NCBI GenBank assembly: GCA_964543655.1
Contig: CAZIZE010000026.1
Coordinates: 1 to 51,543, forward strand
DNA: 51,543 nt
Source: an uncultured bacterium
Lineage (GTDB): Bacteria; DYJV01
Direction of reading: 5' to 3'
The notes beneath the pieces were generated by a model. That model was not told the DNA's origin and did no database searches. It saw only the letters and a list, made by a program, of their open reading frames with translations. The number at the start of each line of letters is the position of its first letter. The stretch's first letter is position 1. A program made the translations under genes and the position numbers. Shown here piece by piece: positions 30,401 to 38,347 of the stretch.

Positions 30401-31160
30401 TATTAATGAATATGTTGATAAACTTACTAAAGTTTTGGTTTTTGGTGGTGATGGTGCATTTTATGACATTGGTAATCAGGGATTAAATTTTGCTCTTGGT
30501 GAAAATCAGGATATTACATGGATAGTTTATAATAATGAAGCTTATATGAATACAGGTTTTCAAAAATCTGGTGCCAGTAGATTTGGTTCCAATAGAACAA
30601 CCTCACCTTATGGAATAGAAATTAAAGGAAAAGATGATTTTCATAGAGAACTTGTTTCCCAGGCAATGGCAATACCTAAAGTATATGTTGCAAGATTATC
30701 TCTCTCAAATCCTCTATACTGTTTAAAAATATTGAAAGAAGCTATTGCTTATGAAGGGCCGTCATTGGTTGAGTTTTTCTCACCATGTCCAACAGGACAG
30801 GGGCTTGCTACTGATGATCTTGCAATTGAAGTTTCAAAAATGATGGTTGAGTCAAGAGCCTGGCCAATTGTGGTTAGAAAACCTTATCACACTATAGATA
30901 TTACAGCTAATCCTGATTATGACAAGATTTATCCTGAGCCAAAGAAAATAAAAGATAAGATTATTAAACCTGCTACCTTTAAAGATATAGTAAATTTAAT
31001 GGCTCAGTTTGTTGGTGATGAAGAGACAATTAAAGAGATAGTTAAGAATAATGAAAAGCAGAATATTTACAGATGGAACTGGCTGCAATATCTTGCTGGA
31101 GTTACTGATAGGTTATTAACAGAAGATGAAATAGAGGAAATTATTGCAGATAGGGTGTAA
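27411..31160 (+). CDS. por: Single-chain 2-oxoacid (probably pyruvate):ferredoxin oxidoreductase, alpha-gamma-delta-beta fusion
   Basis: YPITP, SSQGL, CINCGLC...CP and CKGCGLC...C ferredoxin motifs, CPGCGE, NATGC, GGDG, YMNTG, SPCP. Confidence 0.88.
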   Translation: MKREIDFNYEFNERFNGKYLFNIDSFLENLKKEIGDENFQKMKKTEEFINDGNAAVVNVLKRLVTGLVGYPITPSTPVAEGMAKAYSDGTINVFGEKMFYFQPESELGAMAFLEGAACQGGRFADNTSSQGLTYKIKNMFSVAGKRLPVLMTVQTREVNKGSLSIHNSHTDLYAARGTGWILLMSSNNQEMHNLIPLTFKTIEQRQIMLPAIVAGEGFLKSHSIENIKVLSDEFLRYFVGPPNRLFQPDFENPVLMGTFTDINVTMPTQIKQDIAIRNVKKYFKATMAIMNEILGTNLDVVENYRTEDAEFTIVMMGAGSETMKDVVDYYRDKGVAVGLVRPVLFYPPCIEEIAYGIQNSKVITVIEKVAEANERYLYRDVNEACKILNSNPKILSGIYGLGNQNLSIDDCCGLIENMISEKKLDKFFVGITGTNCIEPVRKDDFISKEVGMTFIGIGAEGVKTSQETLAKIIAKSGKYVQTSAKYGASRKGGMVVMNARVSDEPIRNCSNLTEVEILSIFNDKYFVDNSLLPFIKSLKPGGYLIINTVKTFKEIFNTTTEEIQNIFNEFKFNIVLLDATTHVLKVLKRNLPGTPILGVINKLTKILPEDEFISIFEKELKSKFKEKKSHLVAKNLTLLNIPFDMISANMEKEPIKKEKKDEIIIKEKSRITTELIFKLPDYSYSEQDELATVDFPNLYKEKYYDKFVNDVLKPFQRGESIKWEKFLNIVPAATSKFNNASLIGTHLPLFRAEKCINCGLCITSCPDSALRFTIIDEQDYSNLSESHKKLFKEVNEKRLLGVNGKLNEKYYFNINVVDNYCKGCGLCVKSCKFDALYLEDKNKINREESCVPSTVFELDKSDEVFKFISNSKILQKIMLKYSGQKFLPGGHSLCPGCGEGIIESLVFTATEMVRQSPDIIENTYSSVPQLLKRFQSESVKHMIENGFYVYTINATGCAEVSCLSNPFNARIYNAGHYGFGTASAAALGARVSLFSAFINEYVDKLTKVLVFGGDGAFYDIGNQGLNFALGENQDITWIVYNNEAYMNTGFQKSGASRFGSNRTTSPYGIEIKGKDDFHRELVSQAMAIPKVYVARLSLSNPLYCLKILKEAIAYEGPSLVEFFSPCPTGQGLATDDLAIEVSKMMVESRAWPIVVRKPYHTIDITANPDYDKIYPEPKKIKDKIIKPATFKDIVNLMAQFVGDEETIKEIVKNNEKQNIYRWNWLQYLAGVTDRLLTEDEIEEIIADRV

Positions 31161-31480
31161 TAGAAATTCATGGTTGTGCGTTTATAGTTTAACGTTGAAA
31201 AAGATACCTTTTCCAGTAGAAAATAATTTAAAGAAGGGATTTAGGAAGTGACCTAAATCCCTTTTTATACAAAATCAAATATAAAATCCAACAGCAATTT
31301 TTTTACAAGTATTCTTTCAATTTTCTGTTTGAAATGATAATTACAATATTGAGCCACGAACTTTGAAGCGTAAACTTGTTTTACTAAATCCATATTTAAC
31401 TTTGAACTGATAACTAATAACTAATAACTGATAACTGATAACTATTTAAGGGCGTTAGCCCGAAAAATCTCTTGCTTCAA
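31160..31480. repeat. Mosaic of dispersed repeats and heptamer arrays between converging por and PMM genes
   Basis: Segments match 4-98 (inverted), 36011-36031 and 38083-38111 (inverted); AACT(G/A)AT x5-6 at 31405-31446. Confidence 0.7.
31234..31266 (+). terminator. Intrinsic terminator downstream of por
   Basis: AAGGGATTTAGG-AAGTGA-CCTAAATCCCTT followed by Ts. Confidence 0.82.
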
Positions 31481-31493
31481 GATGGGTTTTGTA

Positions 31494-32894
31494 TTATACA
31501 ATATTTTTTAAAATATTTTCAATTTTATTCCTGTAAAAATCTCTTTTTTCAGGTGATGTTGCTTCAAATCGCAACACAAGCACAGGTTGTGTGTTACTTG
31601 CTCTAACAAGTCCCCAGCCATCATTAAAAATTATTCTTATACCATCTATGGTAATAATATCTTCAATACTATTTTTAAGCTCATTATCTTTTAAAACATT
31701 TTCTTTTAAAATTTCTGGAATTTTAAATTTTTTATCCTCAGGACAATCAATTCTTATCTCTTCAGTAATGTAAGTTTTTGGTAGGTCAGCAAGTAAAGAT
31801 GATAAAGTGGTTTTCTCTTTACATAAAATCTCAACAAGCCTTAAAGTAGCATAAATTGCATCATCATATCCAAAATATCTATGTGCAAAAAATATATGGC
31901 CGCTCATTTCACCAGCAATAGCAGCTTTTTCTTCTTTAAGTTTACTTTTTATTAATGAATGGCCTGTTTTCCACATAATTGGAATACCGCCATGTTTTTT
32001 TATATCGTCGTATAAAACCTGAGAGCACTTTACTTCTCCAATTATTTTAGCACCTTGCTCTTCTTTTAAAATATCTCTTGCAAAAATTATTAACAACTGG
32101 TCTCCCCAAATAACATTGCCATTTTCATCAAGAGCACCAATTCTATCTGCATCACCATCATAGCCAATTCCAAGGATAGCTTTTTCTCTGATTATTGCTT
32201 TTTTAAGCTCAATTAAATTTTCTTCAACTGTGGGATCAGGATGATGATTGGGAAAAGTTCCATCAGGCTCTGAATATAGCTCAATAACATTAAATCCTAA
32301 TTCTTTTAAAATTTTTGGAGCAACAAGCCCGGCAACACCATTGCCTGCATCAAGGATAATAGGCTGTTTAAAGCATGATTTTATATGAGAGAAATTTTTT
32401 ACCATATGTTTAATATAACTTGTTCTAATATCGTAACTGCTAATATTTCCTTTTATTAAAGAATCAGGAATGATTTCATTATTTGTAATAATTTCATAAA
32501 GTTTGTAAATTTCTCTATCATGTATGGTTTCTTTACCAACACAAAGTTTAAAACCATTATACTCTGGTGGATTATGGCTGCCTGTAATCATTATTCCGCC
32601 ATTAATATTTTCAATATGAAAAAGAGAAAAGTAGAGCAGAGGTGTTGGGCACATATCAATATCAATTACGTTAATTCCTTTATCTGATATAGATTTCGCA
32701 AGAATTTCTGAAAATTTTTTTGAGGAAACCCTTGCATCTCTTCCTATTGTAATTGTTAGTTTTTTTTGCTCAGGAAAGGTTTTTTTTAAATATGTTGCAT
32801 AAGCATAACCAATTAACTTAACACACTCCTCTGTTAATGTTTCACCTACTATACCACGAATGTCGTATTTTCTAAAAATATCCTTTGCAATCAC
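31494..32894 (-). CDS. Phosphomannomutase/phosphoglucomutase
   Basis: IFRKYDIRG, TGSHNP, DGDADR, GEMSGH, RASNT; GTG 32894 after AAGGAG. Confidence 0.93.
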   Translation of the reverse strand: MIAKDIFRKYDIRGIVGETLTEECVKLIGYAYATYLKKTFPEQKKLTITIGRDARVSSKKFSEILAKSISDKGINVIDIDMCPTPLLYFSLFHIENINGGIMITGSHNPPEYNGFKLCVGKETIHDREIYKLYEIITNNEIIPDSLIKGNISSYDIRTSYIKHMVKNFSHIKSCFKQPIILDAGNGVAGLVAPKILKELGFNVIELYSEPDGTFPNHHPDPTVEENLIELKKAIIREKAILGIGYDGDADRIGALDENGNVIWGDQLLIIFARDILKEEQGAKIIGEVKCSQVLYDDIKKHGGIPIMWKTGHSLIKSKLKEEKAAIAGEMSGHIFFAHRYFGYDDAIYATLRLVEILCKEKTTLSSLLADLPKTYITEEIRIDCPEDKKFKIPEILKENVLKDNELKNSIEDIITIDGIRIIFNDGWGLVRASNTQPVLVLRFEATSPEKRDFYRNKIENILKNIV

Positions 32895-32945
32895 TTCCCA
32901 CTCCTTTTCACAGTTTGTAATATTAAATGATTTTTTAAAAGAACG

Positions 32946-32972
32946 GAAAAGCCCTGATATTTTTTCAGGGCT
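32946..32972 (-). terminator. Intrinsic terminator after the STAS gene
   Basis: AGCCCTGA/TCAGGGCT stem followed by a T-run on the minus strand. Confidence 0.65.
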
Positions 32973-33315
32973 ATATATTAGCTTTTGCTTCTGATAAAGT
33001 ATCAAAGCATTGAATAATATTGTCAAGAGTGGTTATTTCAAAAAGGTTGGATATATTTTCATTTATATTAATTGCAAAGAATTTTCCCTGTTTTCTCCTA
33101 ATGTTTTCATAAATTCTAATAAGATTGCCCAAACCTGTTGAATCAATGAAATCACAATTTTCCAGATCTAAAATTATTACAGGATTTTCATGGCTTCTTA
33201 CCCATGAAAGAACTTCTTCCTTCATTTTGTTAACAATATCAAGCTTCTCAAGTTCAATATTAAACTCAGGCTTGACTAAAATAACATTTTCTTGAATTTC
33301 TTCAATTTTGTACAT
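32971..33315 (-). CDS. STAS-domain anti-sigma factor antagonist
   Basis: ILDLENCDFIDSTGLG.L, LFEIT.L; ATG 33315 after GAGGTG. Confidence 0.85.
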   Translation of the reverse strand: MYKIEEIQENVILVKPEFNIELEKLDIVNKMKEEVLSWVRSHENPVIILDLENCDFIDSTGLGNLIRIYENIRRKQGKFFAININENISNLFEITTLDNIIQCFDTLSEAKANI

Positions 33316-33387
33316 GCTACACCTCATCTTATTTAGATTAATAATTATTTAATACAATAACTTTTTTTAAATGTCTATAAAAAAATA

Positions 33388-35901
33388 TTATTCAAGCAAA
33401 CCTTTTTCATATAAAAACTCTTGTAATTTTATCTCAATATGCTTAATATCAACTTTAATTTTTGAAATATTTGTATCCATTGCTTTTTGTGCAACTGCTG
33501 TTGCTACTTTAATTGGCACTCTTAAGTCAAGCCCATCAGGAATAATATGCTCCTCTGATAAATTTTCCATTGCAAGAGAAGCTATTGCCTCAGATGCTGC
33601 AATTTTCATTTCATCTGTGATTTTTTTAGCCCTAACATCAAGAGCACCTCTGAAAATTCCAGGAAAGGCAAGACAATTGTTAACCTGGTTAGGAAAGTCA
33701 GATCTTCCTGTGGCTATTATTCTTGCTCCACCAACTTTTGCTTCATCAGGCATAATTTCAGGGGTTGGATTTGCAAGTGCAAAAATAATGGCATCTTTGT
33801 TCATTCTTTTTACATCGTTTGATTTTAATAAATTACCTTTGGATAAACCAATAAACACATCAGCACCTTTTAAAACATCCTTAATATTTCCCTTTTCTTT
33901 AAATGGATTGGTTATCTCTGCCATTTTATTTTTAATTTCATTCATGCCAACTTCTCTTCCTGCATAGATGGCACCTTTTGTATCACACATAATAAGATTT
34001 TTAGCTCCTGCTTTTAAAATAAGCCTGGAAACAGCTGTGGCACCTGCACCTGCTCCATTAACAACTATTTTAATATTTTCAATTTTTTTATTAACTATTT
34101 TAAGGGCATTTTTAAGAGCAGCAAGAACAATTACTGCGGTTCCATGTTGATCATCATGGAATACAGGAATATCCAGAGCTTTTTTTAATTCTTCTTCTAC
34201 GTAAAAGCATCGGGGAGCAGAAATATCTTCTAAATTAATCCCACCAAAATTTACAGAAATGCTTTTAACTATTTCAATTATCTTATCTGGCTCCTGAGTG
34301 GATAAGCATATTGGAAAAGCTTCTACACCACCAAAGGTTTTAAAAAGAAGGGCTTTACCCTCCATTACAGGCATTGCCGCTTCAGCACCAATATTGCCAA
34401 GCCCAAGAACTGCTGAACCATCTGAAACAACAGCCACAAGATTACTTTTGCATGTAAAATCGTAAATAGCATCTTTTTTCCCATAAATTAATTTGCAAGG
34501 TTCAGAAGCATGCTTGGGAGAATAAACAACATTAAAGAGGAATCTATCTTTAATTGGAACTTTATTTTTTATTTCAATTACACCAGTATGTTTTTTGTGC
34601 AACAGTATTGATTCTTCATAAACCCTTTTTTTATCATCAAATTTTATATGTATTTTAGTAGAAAGCTCATCTTCATAAAAACCCTCATATAGTAGATTTA
34701 AAAGTCTTAAAGTTATTTTTTCTGGATTAATATCTATTTTATTAATTTTGCATTTTATAGCTTCTTTTGCAACAGCTCCAGCAATGTTAGGTGCAACTCT
34801 AAAATCAAAAAGGTCAGGTAAAATATTGGTCTCATTCAAATTATCTTTTACCATATTGGCAAGTGCTTTAGCAGCAGCTATTTTAAGATTAGGATTTATC
34901 TGAGTTGCTCCTACATCAAGAACACCTCTTACAAATCCAGGAATTACAATTGCTGAGGTGAAATAGTTGGGATATTCAAATGAGCTTGTAGCAACTACTT
35001 TTGCTCCTGCTCTTTTGGCTTCAAGATAATTTATCTCTGGTTCTGGAGATGAAAGTGCGAATATAATGGGATTTTTATTCATCAATTTTATCATATCAGG
35101 AGTGAAAATATTCCCAACAGAAACTCCTATGAAAACATCAGCATCTTTAAGAGCATCTGTTAAATTCCCTTTTAAGTTTTTTTGATTAACATATTTAGCT
35201 ATTTCACTTTTTGCCCAATTCATATGAAAAGGTCTGTTTTTATAAATAATACCTTTGCTATCGCAAATAATTACATTTTTAAGCTCATAATTGGTTAGTA
35301 GTTTAGCTATGCCTATGCCAGCTGCTCCTGCTCCATTAATCACAACTTTTACATTTTTATTTTTCCCCACAACTTTAAGAGCATTAATTAAAGCAGCAAG
35401 AACAACCATGGCAGTTGCATGTTGGTCACCGTGAATAACAGGAACAGAGAGGGAACGTCTTAACATATTTTCAATTGCAAAGCATTTTGGAGAAGCTATA
35501 TCCTCAAGGTAAAATCCACCAAAAGTTGGCTCAAGATTTCTCACAGATTCTATAATGTATTCTTCGTCATAAGAATCTATTGCTATAGGAAGGGCATCTA
35601 TATTTGCAAAAGTTTTAAAAAATACAGAGTAGCCTTCAAGCATTGGCACTGAAGCAAATGGCCCTACATTGCCAAGACCATATACAGAGCTTCCATCAGA
35701 TATTATACCAATGGTATTCCCACGACAGGTAAGGTGAAAAGATTTTACAATGTCATCTTTTATTTCTTCACAACACGCAGCAACACCAGGGGTGTAAACA
35801 AGACTTAAAATTGATGCATCCCTAATATCAAGTTTGCTTTTTATGCCAATAAGTCCTTTGAATTTTTTTCTAATATCCACTGAGGTTTTTTTGAATTCCA
35901 T
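33388..35901 (-). CDS. NAD(P)-dependent malic enzyme, tandem duplication of two small-type units
   Basis: Two sets of Y.P, DGS...LGN.G, LEDI, H.DQH.TA and GAGA.. motifs (about aa 1-405 and 425-837). Confidence 0.9.
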   Translation of the reverse strand: MEFKKTSVDIRKKFKGLIGIKSKLDIRDASILSLVYTPGVAACCEEIKDDIVKSFHLTCRGNTIGIISDGSSVYGLGNVGPFASVPMLEGYSVFFKTFANIDALPIAIDSYDEEYIIESVRNLEPTFGGFYLEDIASPKCFAIENMLRRSLSVPVIHGDQHATAMVVLAALINALKVVGKNKNVKVVINGAGAAGIGIAKLLTNYELKNVIICDSKGIIYKNRPFHMNWAKSEIAKYVNQKNLKGNLTDALKDADVFIGVSVGNIFTPDMIKLMNKNPIIFALSSPEPEINYLEAKRAGAKVVATSSFEYPNYFTSAIVIPGFVRGVLDVGATQINPNLKIAAAKALANMVKDNLNETNILPDLFDFRVAPNIAGAVAKEAIKCKINKIDINPEKITLRLLNLLYEGFYEDELSTKIHIKFDDKKRVYEESILLHKKHTGVIEIKNKVPIKDRFLFNVVYSPKHASEPCKLIYGKKDAIYDFTCKSNLVAVVSDGSAVLGLGNIGAEAAMPVMEGKALLFKTFGGVEAFPICLSTQEPDKIIEIVKSISVNFGGINLEDISAPRCFYVEEELKKALDIPVFHDDQHGTAVIVLAALKNALKIVNKKIENIKIVVNGAGAGATAVSRLILKAGAKNLIMCDTKGAIYAGREVGMNEIKNKMAEITNPFKEKGNIKDVLKGADVFIGLSKGNLLKSNDVKRMNKDAIIFALANPTPEIMPDEAKVGGARIIATGRSDFPNQVNNCLAFPGIFRGALDVRAKKITDEMKIAASEAIASLAMENLSEEHIIPDGLDLRVPIKVATAVAQKAMDTNISKIKVDIKHIEIKLQEFLYEKGLLE

Positions 35902-36010
35902 TTTTTACTCCTGTTTTTTTATTAAAAAATATAAGATTTTTGCACAATGTTTTTAATTATTGCTAAAATTTTTTAAATATTAATAAGTTATGTGTTATAC
36001 AATATTCTAC

Positions 36011-36146
36011 TTGAAATGGCATTTACAATATCCTTAAGTTGTTATTAAATATCTTTCAACGTTGAACAATGAACTTGTATTATGTTAGTGGCTACGCTTT
36101 TTGAGAATGACCTTAAAAAGTCATTCTAAACAAAGCGAAGAATTCC
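36011..36146. repeat. Dispersed repeat copy plus REP-like inverted repeat AGAATGAC/GTCATTCT
   Basis: TTCAACGTTGAA 36055-36066 shared with 59-70; hairpin about 36104-36127. Confidence 0.6.
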
Positions 36147-36168
36147 TTATATCTACTATTTTTAAAAT

Positions 36169-36197
36169 ATTGTATACAATTTTAAGATAAAAGTAAA
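36169..36197 (-). promoter_or_regulatory. Malic enzyme promoter candidate TTTACT-17-TACAAT with overlapping ATTGTATACAAT operator
   Basis: Palindrome 36169-36180; -35 at 36197-36192, -10 at 36174-36169. Confidence 0.62.
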
Positions 36198-36234
36198 GAG
36201 AAAATTTAAGAACTTTAGATTTATTTAATATGAA

Positions 36235-38052
36235 TTATAAGAAATTGTTTTGAATATATTCTAAATCAAACGGAATAATTCCACTTTTTTTTAATTTAAT
36301 TAAAACGTTTCTATCACATTCAACATCATCAGGCCAAACCCTTTTGAAATTGTCAAATTGATTTTTGTTTGTAGCATCAATAAATATTCTGTTATTTTTA
36401 AATATAATATCTCTTTTTGCATCTATATTATTTACAACTCTCCATAAAATCATATAAAGGTTATTTATATTATTTTTTTCATCATCAAGGACAACTACAA
36501 TTTTAATATGTTTTAAAATTGGATATAGTTTTTTGAAAAAATTTTTTATATTGTAACTTTTTTTAATTTTCACAATAGTTATAGGGTTTTTCGTATTAAT
36601 AAAGTATTGCTTTAATGAGGTTACATTATTTTCAATATTTTTAAAAATTTTAAAAAGCTCATCATCAGGTAATCTATCAATGTTTTCATTAACCACTTCT
36701 TTGCCAGTACAATCAATCCCAAGTTTGCCACCAAACGCAAAGTTATCTGAGCTGTGGTCAAGAGCATCTAAAATGCCACTTGTGATTAAAATATTCTCAA
36801 CTGTAACTCTGTTTAAAATATATTTTGTTATTTCTTTATAATTTGTTAGCTCTGGAGCATCTTCATTAACAAATATTGCGTGCTTTATAAAACTCATCTG
36901 TCCAATTCCCCAGAATGCATGCATTATTTGCTGGGCATGTGCTGGATAAAGGGTGCGAATTTTGGCAATTATAAGATTATGGAAAACTCCATTTTCAGGC
37001 ATATGATAATCTATTAAATCAGGAGTTGTAGTTTTCAACAATGGTAGAAAAATCTTTTCAGTAGCATAACCCATAAATTTATCTTCTACAGGTGGTTTGC
37101 CAACCACAGTAGCATGATAAATAGGATTTTTTCTACTTGTAATTGCAGTGATTGTTAGATAAGGATACTTCTCTTCTAAAGTATAATAACCAGTGTGGTC
37201 TCCAAATGGGCCCTCTACTTTAAATTTATCAGGTTCAACAAAGCCTTCAATAACAAAATCAACATCTTCTGGTATATAGATATTATTGGTAATGGACTTA
37301 ACGAGCTTTGCTCTTTTTCCTTTTATAAAACCATATAGTAGTAATTCAAAAATTCCGTGAGGTAAAGGAGCTTGAGCACACCAGATATAAAGAGGATCTC
37401 CACCAATAGCTATTGATACAGGCATTTTCTTTTTTGCTTTTATATATTCTTGAAAAATATGGTTGCTATCTTTATGTATTTGCCAGTGCATGCCAAGAGT
37501 ATTGTCATTGTATACCTGCAATCTGTACATACCAAGATTGTTAATTTTTCCATCAAGACTTTGGGTATACACCTGTCCCATTGTAATAAATGGTCCTCCA
37601 TCTTTAGGCCAACAGGTTAATATAGGTAAATCTTTTAAATTTGCACTATCACCCAATTTAATTATTTCTTGACATTTTCCCTCTGTTTTTAATCTTTTAG
37701 GGAAAATGGACTTTAATGATAAAAGATTTTTTAAGATTGTTAACCTATCAGAAAAGGATGAAGGAGGTTTTATTTTAAGAAGATTTTCTATTTTTTGAGC
37801 AATTTGTTCTACATTTCCTATAAAGATTTCTAATGACTTATAATTGCAGAAGATATTCATTAAAACAGGAATAGAAAATTTTCTGTTATTTTTTTTATCA
37901 ACAGGATGAGTAAATAGTAAGGCTTTTGAATTATCACTCTTTATTTCAAGGTAAGCTATATGTGGTATTTCAAGGTTAATATCTAATTCATTATCTATAA
38001 TTTTTAACAAATTTTCTTTTTTTAAAATTTTTATTAATTTTTCTGAGTCCAT
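36235..38052 (-). CDS. ubiD: UbiD family menaquinone-biosynthesis decarboxylase (long form)
   Basis: WPKDGGPFIT, NLGMYRLQ, EGPFGDHTGYY, GKPPVED, DALDHS. Confidence 0.88.
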   Translation of the reverse strand: MDSEKLIKILKKENLLKIIDNELDINLEIPHIAYLEIKSDNSKALLFTHPVDKKNNRKFSIPVLMNIFCNYKSLEIFIGNVEQIAQKIENLLKIKPPSSFSDRLTILKNLLSLKSIFPKRLKTEGKCQEIIKLGDSANLKDLPILTCWPKDGGPFITMGQVYTQSLDGKINNLGMYRLQVYNDNTLGMHWQIHKDSNHIFQEYIKAKKKMPVSIAIGGDPLYIWCAQAPLPHGIFELLLYGFIKGKRAKLVKSITNNIYIPEDVDFVIEGFVEPDKFKVEGPFGDHTGYYTLEEKYPYLTITAITSRKNPIYHATVVGKPPVEDKFMGYATEKIFLPLLKTTTPDLIDYHMPENGVFHNLIIAKIRTLYPAHAQQIMHAFWGIGQMSFIKHAIFVNEDAPELTNYKEITKYILNRVTVENILITSGILDALDHSSDNFAFGGKLGIDCTGKEVVNENIDRLPDDELFKIFKNIENNVTSLKQYFINTKNPITIVKIKKSYNIKNFFKKLYPILKHIKIVVVLDDEKNNINNLYMILWRVVNNIDAKRDIIFKNNRIFIDATNKNQFDNFKRVWPDDVECDRNVLIKLKKSGIIPFDLEYIQNNFL

Positions 38053-38082
38053 GGCAATTTTTTAATTAATACAAAAAATATA

Positions 38083-38111
38083 TTGAAGCAAGAGATTTTT
38101 CCGGTTAATGC
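38083..38111. repeat. 29-bp inverted copy of 31452-31480
   Basis: Reverse complement gcattaaccggaaaaatctcttgcttcaa vs gcgttagcccgaaaaatctcttgcttcaa, 26/29 identical. Confidence 0.75.
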
Positions 38112-38222
38112 TGACAACTCTTTATATTTTTTCTGACCTTAAATATAAGCTATGTGATTTTTGTTTTTTATGATATAATACAAAAACAAAACAATAAAGG
38201 AATGAGTCAATAAAAGAAGAAA

Positions 38223-38295
38223 TGGAGCTGAGGGGACTTGAACCCCTGACCCCTTGAATGCCATTCAAGTGCTCTCCCATCTGAGCTACAGCCCC
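38223..38295 (-). tRNA. tRNA-Ala(GGC), CCA not encoded
   Basis: GGGGCTGTAGCTCAGATGGGAGAGC...CTTGA-ATGGCAT-TCAAG...GGTTCAAGTCC...CAGCTCCA; G3:U70 pair. Confidence 0.96.
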
Positions 38296-38347
38296 AATTT
38301 TTGAGGATAATTAAAATAAAAATTGGTAAATGTCAAATATAAAAATT

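Noticed and set aside
31160-31480. Possible CRISPR array
   Set aside because: Units are contiguous 7-mers without repeat-spacer structure; no cas genes in the window
38223-38295. tRNA-anchored prophage or integrative island
   Set aside because: No integrase, no duplicated tRNA 3' end seen, and flanking genes are metabolic
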